This document shows, piece after piece, positions 33,972-42,317 of a DNA stretch of 49,505 nucleotides (position 1 is the stretch's first letter; each line of letters begins with the position of its first letter). This DNA comes from Planctomycetales bacterium 4484_113 (lineage in GTDB: Bacteria; 4484-113). A program made the translations under genes and the position numbers. The notes under the pieces were generated by a model. It was not told the DNA's origin. It saw only the letters and a list, made by a program, of their open reading frames with translations, and ran no database searches. The stretch lies in assembly GCA_002050035.1 (NCBI GenBank), contig MVCR01000010.1, forward strand, positions 1-49,505, given 5' to 3'.

Positions 33972-35192
33972 GTGAAAGACTACCTTTTTACCAGCGAATC
34001 TGTTACTGAAGGGCATCCAGACAAGGTCTGTGATGCCATTGCTGACGCGATTCTGGACGACATTATCGCCCGGGACGCCGAATCCCATGTGGCCGTGGAA
34101 GTTCTCGCCACTACCGGGCTGGTGGTGGTTTCTGGGGAGGTTAGCTGCGGATGCTATTGCGATATGAACGGCATCGCTCGCAGCACCATCCAGGGCATCG
34201 GTTATCATTCGGCGGCGTTCGGTTTCGACGGTGCGACCTGCGGGGTGTTTGTCTCGGTAGATGATCAGAGCAGTGATATCGCAGAGGGAGTCCGCAAGTC
34301 CGAAGAGGAACGTCTGGGCACGGCTGAGGATGACTTTGACCGTCAGGGCGCTGGAGATCAGGGGATGATGTTCGGTTACGCCTGCACCGAGAGCGAACGC
34401 TTTGCCCCTGGGGCGTATATGCCGCTTCCCATCTTCCTCGCGCACCGATTGGCGCAGCAACTCGCGCAGGTGCGCAAAGATGGGACCATCGATTTCATCG
34501 GTCCCGACGGGAAGACCCAGGTGACCGTGCGCTACCGCGATGGCGAGCCGGTCTGTATTGAGCGCGTGCTCATTGCCGCCCAGCACCTGGAAGGCGTGCC
34601 CCCCGACAAGCTGAAGCAGGCGCTGCTGGAGACGGTTGTCCGACCGGTGATTCCGCGCGAGCTCTATCCCACTGATGGACTTAGCGGCGATCGTGTGCTG
34701 GTAAATCCAAGCGGGAAGTTCGTGAAAGGTGGGCCGCTGGCGGATACCGGTCTCACCGGACGCAAGATCATCGTGGATACTTACGGCGGGTGCGCGCATC
34801 ACGGAGGCGGCTCGTTCTCTGGCAAAGACCCCAGCAAGGTTGACCGCAGCGCCAGCTACTACGCACGCTATGTAGCGATGAACCTGGTCGCCGCGGGAGT
34901 GGCGGACAAGCTGGAGCTGGAAGTTGCCTACGCGATCGGTCGTGCGCGTCCGGTGAGCATCGCTGTCAATGCGTTTGAGACCGAGCGTGTGTCAACAGAG
35001 CGAATCGAGCAGTTCCTGGAAAGCCGCGAGGTGTTTGACTTCCGTCCCGCAGCCATCATCCATCAGCTTGAACTCAAGGCGCCCCTCTATCGGCAGGTGT
35101 CGGCCTATGGTCATTTCGGTCGCACCGACCTGGATCTGCCGTGGGAGCGGATCAATCGAGTGGACGAGGTCAAGCAGGCTCTTCTGCAATGA
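33972..35192 (+). CDS. metK: S-adenosylmethionine synthetase
   Basis: (V)KDYLFTSESVTEGHPDKVCDAIADAILD, then ...GAGDQGMMFGYA..., ...GGGSFSGKDPSKVDRSASY... I chose GTG 33972, 8 nt after AGGAG, because the MetK core starts right there. Confidence 0.93.
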   Translation: MKDYLFTSESVTEGHPDKVCDAIADAILDDIIARDAESHVAVEVLATTGLVVVSGEVSCGCYCDMNGIARSTIQGIGYHSAAFGFDGATCGVFVSVDDQSSDIAEGVRKSEEERLGTAEDDFDRQGAGDQGMMFGYACTESERFAPGAYMPLPIFLAHRLAQQLAQVRKDGTIDFIGPDGKTQVTVRYRDGEPVCIERVLIAAQHLEGVPPDKLKQALLETVVRPVIPRELYPTDGLSGDRVLVNPSGKFVKGGPLADTGLTGRKIIVDTYGGCAHHGGGSFSGKDPSKVDRSASYYARYVAMNLVAAGVADKLELEVAYAIGRARPVSIAVNAFETERVSTERIEQFLESREVFDFRPAAIIHQLELKAPLYRQVSAYGHFGRTDLDLPWERINRVDEVKQALLQ

Positions 35193-35225
35193 GCTGGATT
35201 CCCTCTGCTCAGATGATCAACCCTG

Positions 35226-35234
35226 TGCTAGAAT
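35226..35234 (+). promoter_or_regulatory. Extended -10 (TGCTAGAAT) for lgt
   Basis: TGCTAGAAT at 35226-35234, with only 12 nt to ATG 35247. Confidence 0.5.
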
Positions 35235-35246
35235 CTGGACTCAGCT

Positions 35247-36248
35247 ATGTTCAACCCTGAAGCATTCTCCATCTTCGGGTACGCCATTCGCTGGTACGGC
35301 ATCGCCATGGCGCTGGCGCTCTTGGAGGGAGCCTGGCTGGCAGCGTGGCTGCTGCGTCGTCGTGGACGCGCCTCCGAGTACATCTGGGACGGCGTACTCT
35401 GGGCGGCCATCCTGGGCATCATCGGTGCCCGTGTGGGCTACGTTATCACCAGTCCTGGTGAGTTCATCGCACATCCGATTGAGGTCTTCGGGATAAACCA
35501 GGGCGGGCTTTCTTTCCACGGTGGGATTGTCGGCGGCATCTTGGGCTGCTGGCTCTACTTCCGCCGCTCTCCATTGCGTTTCATTGAAGTTATGGACGCG
35601 GCGGCTCCCGGCGTCGCTATTGGGATTATGCTGGTGCGCTTCCTGGGCAATCTATCCAACGGCGATATTCTCGGCTACAAGGTCAGCCGCGAGGTCGTTC
35701 CCTGGGCGATGAACTTCCCCTTCGACCAGTATCACGAGTTCGGCGCGAAAGCCACCGAAGTCATCTATCGCCATCCCGCAGAGATATATGGCGGTCTCGT
35801 CGGTCTCATCGTGCTCATCATCGTGCTCGTAGTCTGGTTTCGCAAGACCGCACCGGGTACCAACTTCTGGACTTTCATCCTGAGTTATTCCCTCGTCCGC
35901 TCGCTCATCGAGGAGCCTTTCCGCCACGTGCCTCATTTCTTCATCGACGCCGTGAATACGCATTACGGCATCGGCGGAATCACGATGACGCAGTGGGTTT
36001 CCATCCCGCTCATCATCCTTTCCATCTGGGGTCTCATTGTGGTCAGGCGCAAAGGACGCCCTGAAGACTGGGACACGGTACCGGAGTGGCATCCGCCGGA
36101 GCGGCATGCGCGTGTTGGCGCGAGTGAAAAGGAGGCGGAGGAGCGCGAGGCGAAGCCCCGTCGCGTACGCCGCCCGATTCGCCCCACAGCGCAGCCGCGC
36201 CGACGCAAGTCCTCCGGAGCAACTCCGAGGAAGCCCTTCACCAAGTAG
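35247..36248 (+). CDS. lgt: Prolipoprotein diacylglyceryl transferase with a basic C-terminal tail
   Basis: MFNPEAFSIFGYAIRWYGIAMALA..., ...GARVGYVI..., GGLSFHGGIVGG, polytopic membrane profile. The extra 70 aa or so form an R/K/P-rich tail. Confidence 0.88.
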   Translation: MFNPEAFSIFGYAIRWYGIAMALALLEGAWLAAWLLRRRGRASEYIWDGVLWAAILGIIGARVGYVITSPGEFIAHPIEVFGINQGGLSFHGGIVGGILGCWLYFRRSPLRFIEVMDAAAPGVAIGIMLVRFLGNLSNGDILGYKVSREVVPWAMNFPFDQYHEFGAKATEVIYRHPAEIYGGLVGLIVLIIVLVVWFRKTAPGTNFWTFILSYSLVRSLIEEPFRHVPHFFIDAVNTHYGIGGITMTQWVSIPLIILSIWGLIVVRRKGRPEDWDTVPEWHPPERHARVGASEKEAEEREAKPRRVRRPIRPTAQPRRRKSSGATPRKPFTK

Positions 36249-36324
36249 GGGGAAATGGCGGGAGCATCCGCGGCGAAATCTGGCGGAGTCCTGCAGCAGA
36301 GTAAGCTCAGAGTTCTCGCTGGCT

Positions 36325-36909
36325 TCAGTCCAGAGTAGGCAGTGATTCCAGGAATGCGATGTAGTTAGCAGGTAGATTGCGCTCGCGGGCTCCCGCAAGC
36401 ATCAACTCTTTTAGCTCGGTACTGGGTCGGCTCGGCTCCTTCTCCGGAACCGAAACGGCGTAGGTGAAGGCTGCGTACTTCAAGCCCCCACGATCCTGCA
36501 CATAGATGTTCCGACGGTGGTAGCGGTTGGGGATTCCCTTGTAGTGGTCCAGGCGCGAGAGATCCTGCCCCGAGACGTCAATAGTCACTCCCCAGACTTC
36601 ATCTTGTCTTTCTAGAGAACGCACGATGCTCGCCAGGCCGGTTTTCCTGGGGGGAAAGTACCGGGGAAACACCAGGCTGTGCCGCGGCACCTGGGCGATC
36701 ATCTCCAGGTGCGGCTTGTCCAGATAGCGTTTCAGAACCTCGCTCAGCAGCAGCTCGTCGTAAACGAACAGACGCATGACCGGTCCCGCTGGCGCCAGGA
36801 AAGCATCCGTCTCCTGCTTCTCGTCCAGTTCCAGCAGCCGCTTGAGGACCTTGTCCGGACTCTCCTCCTCGACGGTAACTTCTGATTCTTCAGCGAGCGG
36901 TTCCTCCAT
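36325..36909 (-). CDS. Gamma-glutamylcyclotransferase (AIG2/GGACT)-like protein with an acidic N-terminal extension
   Basis: RLFVYDELL...VWGVTIDVSGQDLSRLDHYKGIPNRYHRRNIYVQDRGGLKYAAFTYAV fits the GGCT-fold pattern FVYGTL...V.G.ly.l....l..LD..EG....Y.R..v.V. Confidence 0.55.
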   Translation of the reverse strand: MEEPLAEESEVTVEEESPDKVLKRLLELDEKQETDAFLAPAGPVMRLFVYDELLLSEVLKRYLDKPHLEMIAQVPRHSLVFPRYFPPRKTGLASIVRSLERQDEVWGVTIDVSGQDLSRLDHYKGIPNRYHRRNIYVQDRGGLKYAAFTYAVSVPEKEPSRPSTELKELMLAGARERNLPANYIAFLESLPTLD

Positions 36910-36915
36910 CGATGG

Positions 36916-37668
36916 TCACTCCCCGGATGTTGGGATATTCTCGTAGAACTTTATCACAATCTGCCACTTGCCAAAAGTGAGCAGGAAGTACGCGATATCT
37001 TCTTCCGTGATGCCCGGCCGGTTCAGGATAAGCTCGAAGCTGGCGATGGCTCCGCGGCGCACCACATCCGGCATTCGAAACTGCGCCTGCATCCGGCTGA
37101 GATGGGGATACAGCGCGTGCTCCGGCGAGAGCTCTGCCAGCTCCCAGCTTGCACCATTCGTAGCGACAAGCCTGCACGCTGCCTTGCCGTCGCTCTTCAG
37201 CTCGAGCGGCGTCCTGTTCTCCAGCCGGAACAGGAATATCGTGTAGTTCTCGAATGCGGGATTCTTCAACTGCAGTCGCGTGACATTCGCGCTCAGACTG
37301 CCGGAGGGATGAAAGCCAAAGCGGGAGAACTCCCGCCCTTCTCGCCTCAGAAGCTCCCTCAGGTGCTGCTCCGCGAAGGGCAACTTGTCCACTTCGCAGA
37401 GCCGCGTCACCTCTTCCAGCATACTCTCAACTACCACCCGACGGTCAATACCGGTGAGAGGATGCACGGAATCAGCAAGCATTGCCTTCCAACGGGCGAT
37501 GGCAGCCAGTCCGCTCTGAACGAAGGCGCTTTCAAGCTGAATCTCCCGTTGCTCGCTGCGAGCTTCATTTGCCAGCGCGGGCAAACCGATGAGAGGGAGA
37601 AGGATGACTGCGAGTACGATGGCGGTGAAGCCTTTGCGGAAGAGGCTGTGAAGGCAAAGCTGCCGCAT
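36916..37668 (-). CDS. Secreted/anchored protein of unknown function
   Basis: Signal-like MRQLCLHSLFRKGFTAIVLAVILLPLIGLPALA. I recognise no motif. It starts 10 nt after the dnaA stop, or abuts that stop if the GTG at 37677 is used. Confidence 0.55.
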   Translation of the reverse strand: MRQLCLHSLFRKGFTAIVLAVILLPLIGLPALANEARSEQREIQLESAFVQSGLAAIARWKAMLADSVHPLTGIDRRVVVESMLEEVTRLCEVDKLPFAEQHLRELLRREGREFSRFGFHPSGSLSANVTRLQLKNPAFENYTIFLFRLENRTPLELKSDGKAACRLVATNGASWELAELSPEHALYPHLSRMQAQFRMPDVVRRGAIASFELILNRPGITEEDIAYFLLTFGKWQIVIKFYENIPTSGE

Positions 37669-37677
37669 GAAGGGCAC

Positions 37678-39030
37678 CTAGAAGAGCTTCCGAATGACCC
37701 GCTGGACCATCTGCTGCAGGTAGGGATCCTCATCCATCGCCTGCGCTATCTTGGTGACACCATGACTCACCGTGGAATGATCCCTTCCTCCCACTTCTTC
37801 GCCGATCTGCGCCAGGGTCAGGTTCGTGCGCTTGCGCCCGAGGTACATAGCGATCATCCGCGCATCGGCAACCTTCTTGCGCCGGTCGCGTCCCATCAGC
37901 AGGTTGTGGTCGACGCGGAAGACTTCGCAAACTGCGTCGATTATCTGCTCCATGGAGATATAACGGTATCCGCTCTGCCCCTTGACGAAGTCCGCCAGCA
38001 CGCGTCGCGCCGCCTCGATGGTCAGCTTGGCGCCGGAGAAATCGCTGAAAGCCAGCAGGCGAATCAGCGCTCCTTCCAGCTCTCGGATATTGCTGCGCAC
38101 GTTCTCCGCCACAAACGCGAGAATCTCCGGTGCGACCTTGCGTCCTTCGAGCTCTGCTTTCTTCTGCAATATCGCCAGGCGTGTCTCCGCCTCCGGTGGA
38201 CCAATGTCCACCAGCAGCCCGCTGCCGAATCGCGAGAGCAATCGGGCTTCGATGTTCTTCAGTTCCTGCGGCGGTAGATCCGCGGTGACCACAATCTGCT
38301 TACCGGCGTCCACCAGACTCATGAAAGTATGGAAGAACTCCATCTGAGTTTCCACTTTGCCAGCGATGAACTGGATGTCGTCGATGAGCAGCAGGTCACA
38401 CTGCCGGTAGCGCTGGTGGAATTCATTCATCCGACCGGTGCGCACTTTCTCAATGAAATCGGATGTGAACTTCTCGCTGGTCACGAAGATCACGCGGTAC
38501 TCGGGATGGAGTTCCAGCGTGCGATGTCCTATGGAGTGCAGGATGTGCGTTTTGCCGAGGCCGACATCGGCGTAGACGAAGAGGGGGTTGTAGGCGAAGC
38601 CGGGACGCTCCGCCACTGCCTTGGCCGCCGAGTAGCAGAATTGATTCGACGGCCCCACGACGAAGTTCTCGAAAGTGAAGCGCGGGTTTAGAAGAGGACG
38701 CGCCTGCCCACGTGCCGTAGCCGCCAGTGCTCCCAGCGAGGTGAATGGATCCAGGGGGCTGGACTGGTCGGGGATAACCTCGCTGGGCTTGACGACGACC
38801 TCTACAAGCTCTCCTAAGGCAGCGGAGAATGCTTCGTTAAGCCGACTGCCGAATTCCTCCTGCAACCACTCCACCTGCTTCTGCCCGCCCCCAACCAGTG
38901 TCACGCGGTTTCCTGTGATGCTCTCTATTTCCAGCGGCTCGATAAGCAGGTCATACTTCGGACCGATGATGACCTCGCGCAGGCGTTCTTTCACCTGTTT
39001 CAGCACTCCTGTTGCACGAGCATCAGTCAT
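37678..39030 (-). CDS. dnaA: Chromosomal replication initiator DnaA
   Basis: FENFVVGPSNQFCYSAAKAVAERPGFAYNPLFVYADVGLGKTHILHSIGH (Walker A), LLLIDDIQFIAGK (Walker B), sensor motifs, and the domain IV DNA-binding region ...ARMIAMYLGRKRTNLTLAQIGEEVGGRDHSTVSHG. I used ATG 39030; the track ORF starts at a TTG at 39060. Confidence 0.95.
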   Translation of the reverse strand: MTDARATGVLKQVKERLREVIIGPKYDLLIEPLEIESITGNRVTLVGGGQKQVEWLQEEFGSRLNEAFSAALGELVEVVVKPSEVIPDQSSPLDPFTSLGALAATARGQARPLLNPRFTFENFVVGPSNQFCYSAAKAVAERPGFAYNPLFVYADVGLGKTHILHSIGHRTLELHPEYRVIFVTSEKFTSDFIEKVRTGRMNEFHQRYRQCDLLLIDDIQFIAGKVETQMEFFHTFMSLVDAGKQIVVTADLPPQELKNIEARLLSRFGSGLLVDIGPPEAETRLAILQKKAELEGRKVAPEILAFVAENVRSNIRELEGALIRLLAFSDFSGAKLTIEAARRVLADFVKGQSGYRYISMEQIIDAVCEVFRVDHNLLMGRDRRKKVADARMIAMYLGRKRTNLTLAQIGEEVGGRDHSTVSHGVTKIAQAMDEDPYLQQMVQRVIRKLF

Positions 39031-39053
39031 CAATAGCGTCCTGCCGGACCGAC

Positions 39054-39189
39054 TTATCAACAGAAATAATAGGTTATCCCCAGAATCGCCGGCGGTGACG
39101 CGCCTGCAGGGGGATACACGCCGTTATGGCGGTGAGTTCCGCCGTTTCCAACTATCGCGAGGTTAAACTCTATCAACAATCTATCCCCC
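39054..39189. promoter_or_regulatory. Cluster of DnaA-box-like 9-mers flanking a -10-like element upstream of dnaA
   Basis: TTATCAACA (39054-39062), TTATCCCCA (39074-39082), GTATCCCCC on the reverse strand (39110-39118), CTATCAACA (39170-39178) and CTATCCCCC (39181-39189), compared with the consensus TTATCCACA. The reverse-strand TATTAT (39071-39066) lies between the first two boxes. Confidence 0.5.
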
Positions 39190-39298
39190 TGCGGCACCTC
39201 CTCCGCCGAAGCGCCGTCTTTTGGGGTAAGAATCTTACCCTACTTCGCCGCTGCCGCGCAAGTCCTTTGTCAAGCACCCTTGGCGGCGAAAAGAAATT

Positions 39299-40258
39299 TT
39301 ACCTATTCCCCACGCGCTCACGCCAGTATTCCAGCAAGTCCTTGAGGCTCTGCTGCAGTGCGATCGCGGATTCCCAGCCGAGCTCGCGCTTGATCTTGCT
39401 GGCATCGCCCTGCAGCACCATAACATCCGACGGTCGGAGCCTTGCTGGGTCGACTTCCGTCCTGACTTCCACGCGTGCTTCAGCCAGCAGCATCTTCAGC
39501 ATCTCCTCGATGGTGATCGTCCGACCGGAACAGACGTTGTACACTTCGCCGGGAGTGCCACGCGTCGCGACCAGGTAATACGCCCGTACCACATCTCGGA
39601 CATCGCAGAAGTCGCGCTTGGCTGAGAGATTGCCAACCTTGATTACCGGCTCGCGTTTTCCCGCTTCGATTTCCGCGATCTGCAATGCGAAGTTGGAAGT
39701 TGCAAAGACACTGCCGCGTCGCGGGCCCGTGTGGTTGAACGCGCGCGTGCGCACGACTCGCAACCCGTAGCTCTGGAAGTACTGGTAGCCCAGAAGATCC
39801 TGGGCAACCTTGCTCACGCCGTAGGGGCTGAGCGGACGGAGCGGCGATTCTTCGGTGAGTGGAAGCTCATCCTCCTCCACCTTGCCGTACTCCTCACTGC
39901 TTCCGGCGATGTGGATGCTGGCATCCAGCTCCAGGCTGCGGACTGCTTCCAGGATACTGAGCTCGGCGCCCAGGTTATTGAAGAGCGTGTAAGCCGGATA
40001 GCTCCAGCTCGTGAGCACGTAACTCTGAGCCGCCAGGTGAAAGATAAGCTGTGGCTGCACGCGCTCCAGCAACCTCCGCACTGCACCGGTGTCGATGAGC
40101 TCGCAGTCCAGGAGCTGCACTTGCCCGCGAATGGCTTCCAGGTTGTCCAGCGGCGAGCGCACGCGCTTGGTGCCATGGACTTCCAGCCCTTCCGATAGAA
40201 GCAGCTCCGCCAGATGGCTTCCGGCAAAGCCCGTAATGCCCGTAATAAGAGCTTTCAT
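39299..40258 (-). CDS. NAD(P)-dependent sugar-nucleotide dehydratase/reductase (GDP-mannose 4,6-dehydratase/Rmd-like extended SDR)
   Basis: MKALITGITGFAGSHLAELLL (Rossmann motif GxxGxxG), GSSEEYG, catalytic YGVSK, RAFNHTGPRRG. Confidence 0.8.
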   Translation of the reverse strand: MKALITGITGFAGSHLAELLLSEGLEVHGTKRVRSPLDNLEAIRGQVQLLDCELIDTGAVRRLLERVQPQLIFHLAAQSYVLTSWSYPAYTLFNNLGAELSILEAVRSLELDASIHIAGSSEEYGKVEEDELPLTEESPLRPLSPYGVSKVAQDLLGYQYFQSYGLRVVRTRAFNHTGPRRGSVFATSNFALQIAEIEAGKREPVIKVGNLSAKRDFCDVRDVVRAYYLVATRGTPGEVYNVCSGRTITIEEMLKMLLAEARVEVRTEVDPARLRPSDVMVLQGDASKIKRELGWESAIALQQSLKDLLEYWRERVGNR

Positions 40259-40692
40259 TTCGCTATTTCCTCCACCATATAGGTGAGTTCAATGTCGGGA
40301 ATCGTCTCGCCATCGCGGAAGCGCAGCTCCTCCCCTTTTCCTCCCAGGCGAATCCTCACGGGCTTGCCGTGCCGCCATTCAGCTCGCGGAAACACGACCA
40401 GCGAGTAGCCGCTGTCCTCCAGCGAGACCCCGAAGTCCACAGGCAGCTCGTCCTGCGTCACGCGGATGCGTCCGGACAGGGAATCGCTATCGAGGGGTCG
40501 GGGGAAGCTGATGCGCACAGCTTCGTCAGCACCGATGGTAGTTGCCGGCTGGCGATTCAGCACTCCACTCCCGGGAACAGAAGGGGGGATACCGCCACAT
40601 CCGGCGAGTACACCGAGAGCCATCAGGCACATCGCCCACCGGATCAGGCATTGCCTGCATCTTCTCCGTGGTGTGCGCTCGGGGAGAGCCAT
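40255..40692 (-). CDS. Small lipoprotein with an Ig-like (SbsA/Big_5-type) domain
   Basis: Signal ...MCLMALGVLAGC. Then IGADEAVRISFPRPLDSDSLSGRIRVTQDELPVDF...LVVFPRAEWRHGKPVRIRL. ATGA overlap with the downstream SDR gene. Confidence 0.6.
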   Translation of the reverse strand: MALPERTPRRRCRQCLIRWAMCLMALGVLAGCGGIPPSVPGSGVLNRQPATTIGADEAVRISFPRPLDSDSLSGRIRVTQDELPVDFGVSLEDSGYSLVVFPRAEWRHGKPVRIRLGGKGEELRFRDGETIPDIELTYMVEEIAK

Positions 40693-40702
40693 GGCGCTGG
40701 AT

Positions 40703-40708
40703 ATTATA
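40703..40708 (-). promoter_or_regulatory. -10 element (TATAAT) 10 nt upstream of the lipoprotein ATG
   Basis: The reverse complement of 40703-40708 is TATAAT. The ATG is at 40692. Confidence 0.4.
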
Positions 40709-40760
40709 GACGAAAGTCATATGTAAATCCTCGCTTGCGGTTCAGTTTTGCTGATACTTT

Positions 40761-40769
40761 TGTTAGAAT
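40761..40769 (+). promoter_or_regulatory. Extended -10 (TGTTAGAAT) for DUF488-mtnP
   Basis: TGTTAGAAT at 40761-40769, 15 nt before ATG 40785. Confidence 0.5.
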
Positions 40770-40784
40770 GGGAGCAGTGGGAGT

Positions 40785-41270
40785 ATGAGCGCGAAGAACT
40801 ACTACACGGTGTTGACCATCGGACACTCGGGACTGGAACTACCCCGATTCATCGATCGTCTGCAGCGAAGGGGAATCGACCTCGTGGTCGACGTGCGCTC
40901 GTATCCCTATTCCACCTTCGCTGAGTGGTTCAACCGTGACCGCATCGAGAACAGCCTGCGGCGTCAGGGGATTGAGTATGTGTTTATGGGAAGCCAGCTC
41001 GGCGCTCTCACCGAAGACGGGCGTTTTGACTACATCCGGCGAGAGAAGGACCACGCGTATCAGACCGGTATCAGCCGCCTGCTGGAATATGCGCAGCGCT
41101 ACCATGTGGCTGTGATGAGCTCGGAAGGCGACTACCGCCTCTCGCACCGTCATCATCTCATAGCCCAGACTCTGCTCAGGCTATCGGTGAACGTGGTCCA
41201 CATAACTGAGGATGACGCTGACGAGAATGCAACGGCAGATCTTTTTCATTCGGTAAAGGAGGAAGCATGA
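40785..41270 (+). CDS. DUF488-family protein
   Basis: 161 aa. YYTVLTIGHSGLELPRFIDRLQRRGIDLVVDVRSYPYS... matches the DUF488 N-terminal pattern (T.GHS......F...L....I..l.DVR..P.S). Confidence 0.7.
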   Translation: MSAKNYYTVLTIGHSGLELPRFIDRLQRRGIDLVVDVRSYPYSTFAEWFNRDRIENSLRRQGIEYVFMGSQLGALTEDGRFDYIRREKDHAYQTGISRLLEYAQRYHVAVMSSEGDYRLSHRHHLIAQTLLRLSVNVVHITEDDADENATADLFHSVKEEA

Positions 41271-42070
41271 ACGTGGAAGGGGCGGAGATTGGCATCTTCG
41301 GTGGCAGCGGTTTCTACTCCCTGCTGGAAGATGCGCAGGAACTCACCGTTGACACGCCGTATGGCAGCCCCACAGCTCCCCTGACTCTTGGCGAGATCGA
41401 AGGACGCCGAGTCGCGTTCCTCCCGCGGCACGGTCTGAAGCACGAATACCCGCCGCATCGCATCAACTATCGAGCCAATATCAGTGCTTTTAAGCAGCTT
41501 GGCGTCAGCAGGGTGCTCGGTCCTTGCGCAGCAGGCTCCTTGAAAGCGGATGTAACTCCGGGCAGCTTCGTGCTCTGCGACCAACTGGTGGACCGCACGC
41601 GCCATCGCGAGGACTCCTTCTACGACGGTCCCGAGACCACGCATATCTCCTTCGCCGATCCGTACTGCCCTGAACTGCGCAAGGTGACCTACGATGTGGC
41701 AGCGGGTCTAGGCATCGATGTCCGTGAGCGTGGCACGGTGGTAGTGATTGAAGGGCCGCGTTTCTCCACTCGCGCCGAGAGTAAGTGGTTCCAGCGGCAG
41801 GGCTGGGAAGTCATCAATATGACCCAGTATCCGGAGGCTCTGCTCGCACGCGAGATGGAGATGTGCTACCTCAACATCAGCCTGATTACCGACTACGATG
41901 TCGGGCTCGAAGACGATCCTAACGTCAAGCCGGTTACACACGAAGAAGTCATCCGCGTATTCAACGAGAACAACGAGAAACTGAAGCGGCTGCTTTTCGC
42001 TTTGATCCCGCAGATACCGTCCAAACCCTCCTGCACCTGCCAGCGTGCCCTTGAGGGCGCAAGGTTCTAG
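41267..42070 (+). CDS. mtnP: S-methyl-5'-thioadenosine phosphorylase
   Basis: IGIFGGSGFYSL...TPYG...VAFLPRHG..H..PPHRINYRANI.A.K.LGV..V....AAGSL...EGPRFST.AES...R..G...INMT. ATGA overlap with the DUF488 gene. Confidence 0.85.
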   Translation: MNVEGAEIGIFGGSGFYSLLEDAQELTVDTPYGSPTAPLTLGEIEGRRVAFLPRHGLKHEYPPHRINYRANISAFKQLGVSRVLGPCAAGSLKADVTPGSFVLCDQLVDRTRHREDSFYDGPETTHISFADPYCPELRKVTYDVAAGLGIDVRERGTVVVIEGPRFSTRAESKWFQRQGWEVINMTQYPEALLAREMEMCYLNISLITDYDVGLEDDPNVKPVTHEEVIRVFNENNEKLKRLLFALIPQIPSKPSCTCQRALEGARF

Positions 42071-42232
42071 TCTGGCGGCGTCAAAGCGTTTCTTGGGGTG
42101 GCGCACAGGTGCTGGCTCAAGGGCACGTTCTTGCGCTGTCGGTTCGAGCCAGTGCTTTTCCCTCAGGGCTTGCCAGGGCGAATCGTTTGCTGCAAACAAG
42201 CGGGGACACACTGGCAATTGCTCCTTCCGATG

Positions 42233-42241
42233 TGTTAGAAT
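42233..42241 (+). promoter_or_regulatory. Extended -10 (TGTTAGAAT) for the beta-eliminating lyase gene
   Basis: TGTTAGAAT at 42233-42241, leaving a leader of about 70 nt before ATG 42318 (GGGAGG Shine-Dalgarno). Confidence 0.5.
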
Positions 42242-42317
42242 GAACACAGTAAGTCCTCGAGGAAGCTCCAGCCCAGCCATCCCGATAAGTTGAGAGCTCA
42301 TCAATTCGGGAGGTGTT

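Noticed and set aside
33849-34802. 317-aa minus-strand ORF antisense to metK
   Set aside because: It is a shadow of a highly conserved gene.
37102-38277. 391-aa plus-strand ORF antisense to dnaA and the upstream secreted-protein gene
   Set aside because: It is a shadow ORF. It spans a gene junction and has no motif.
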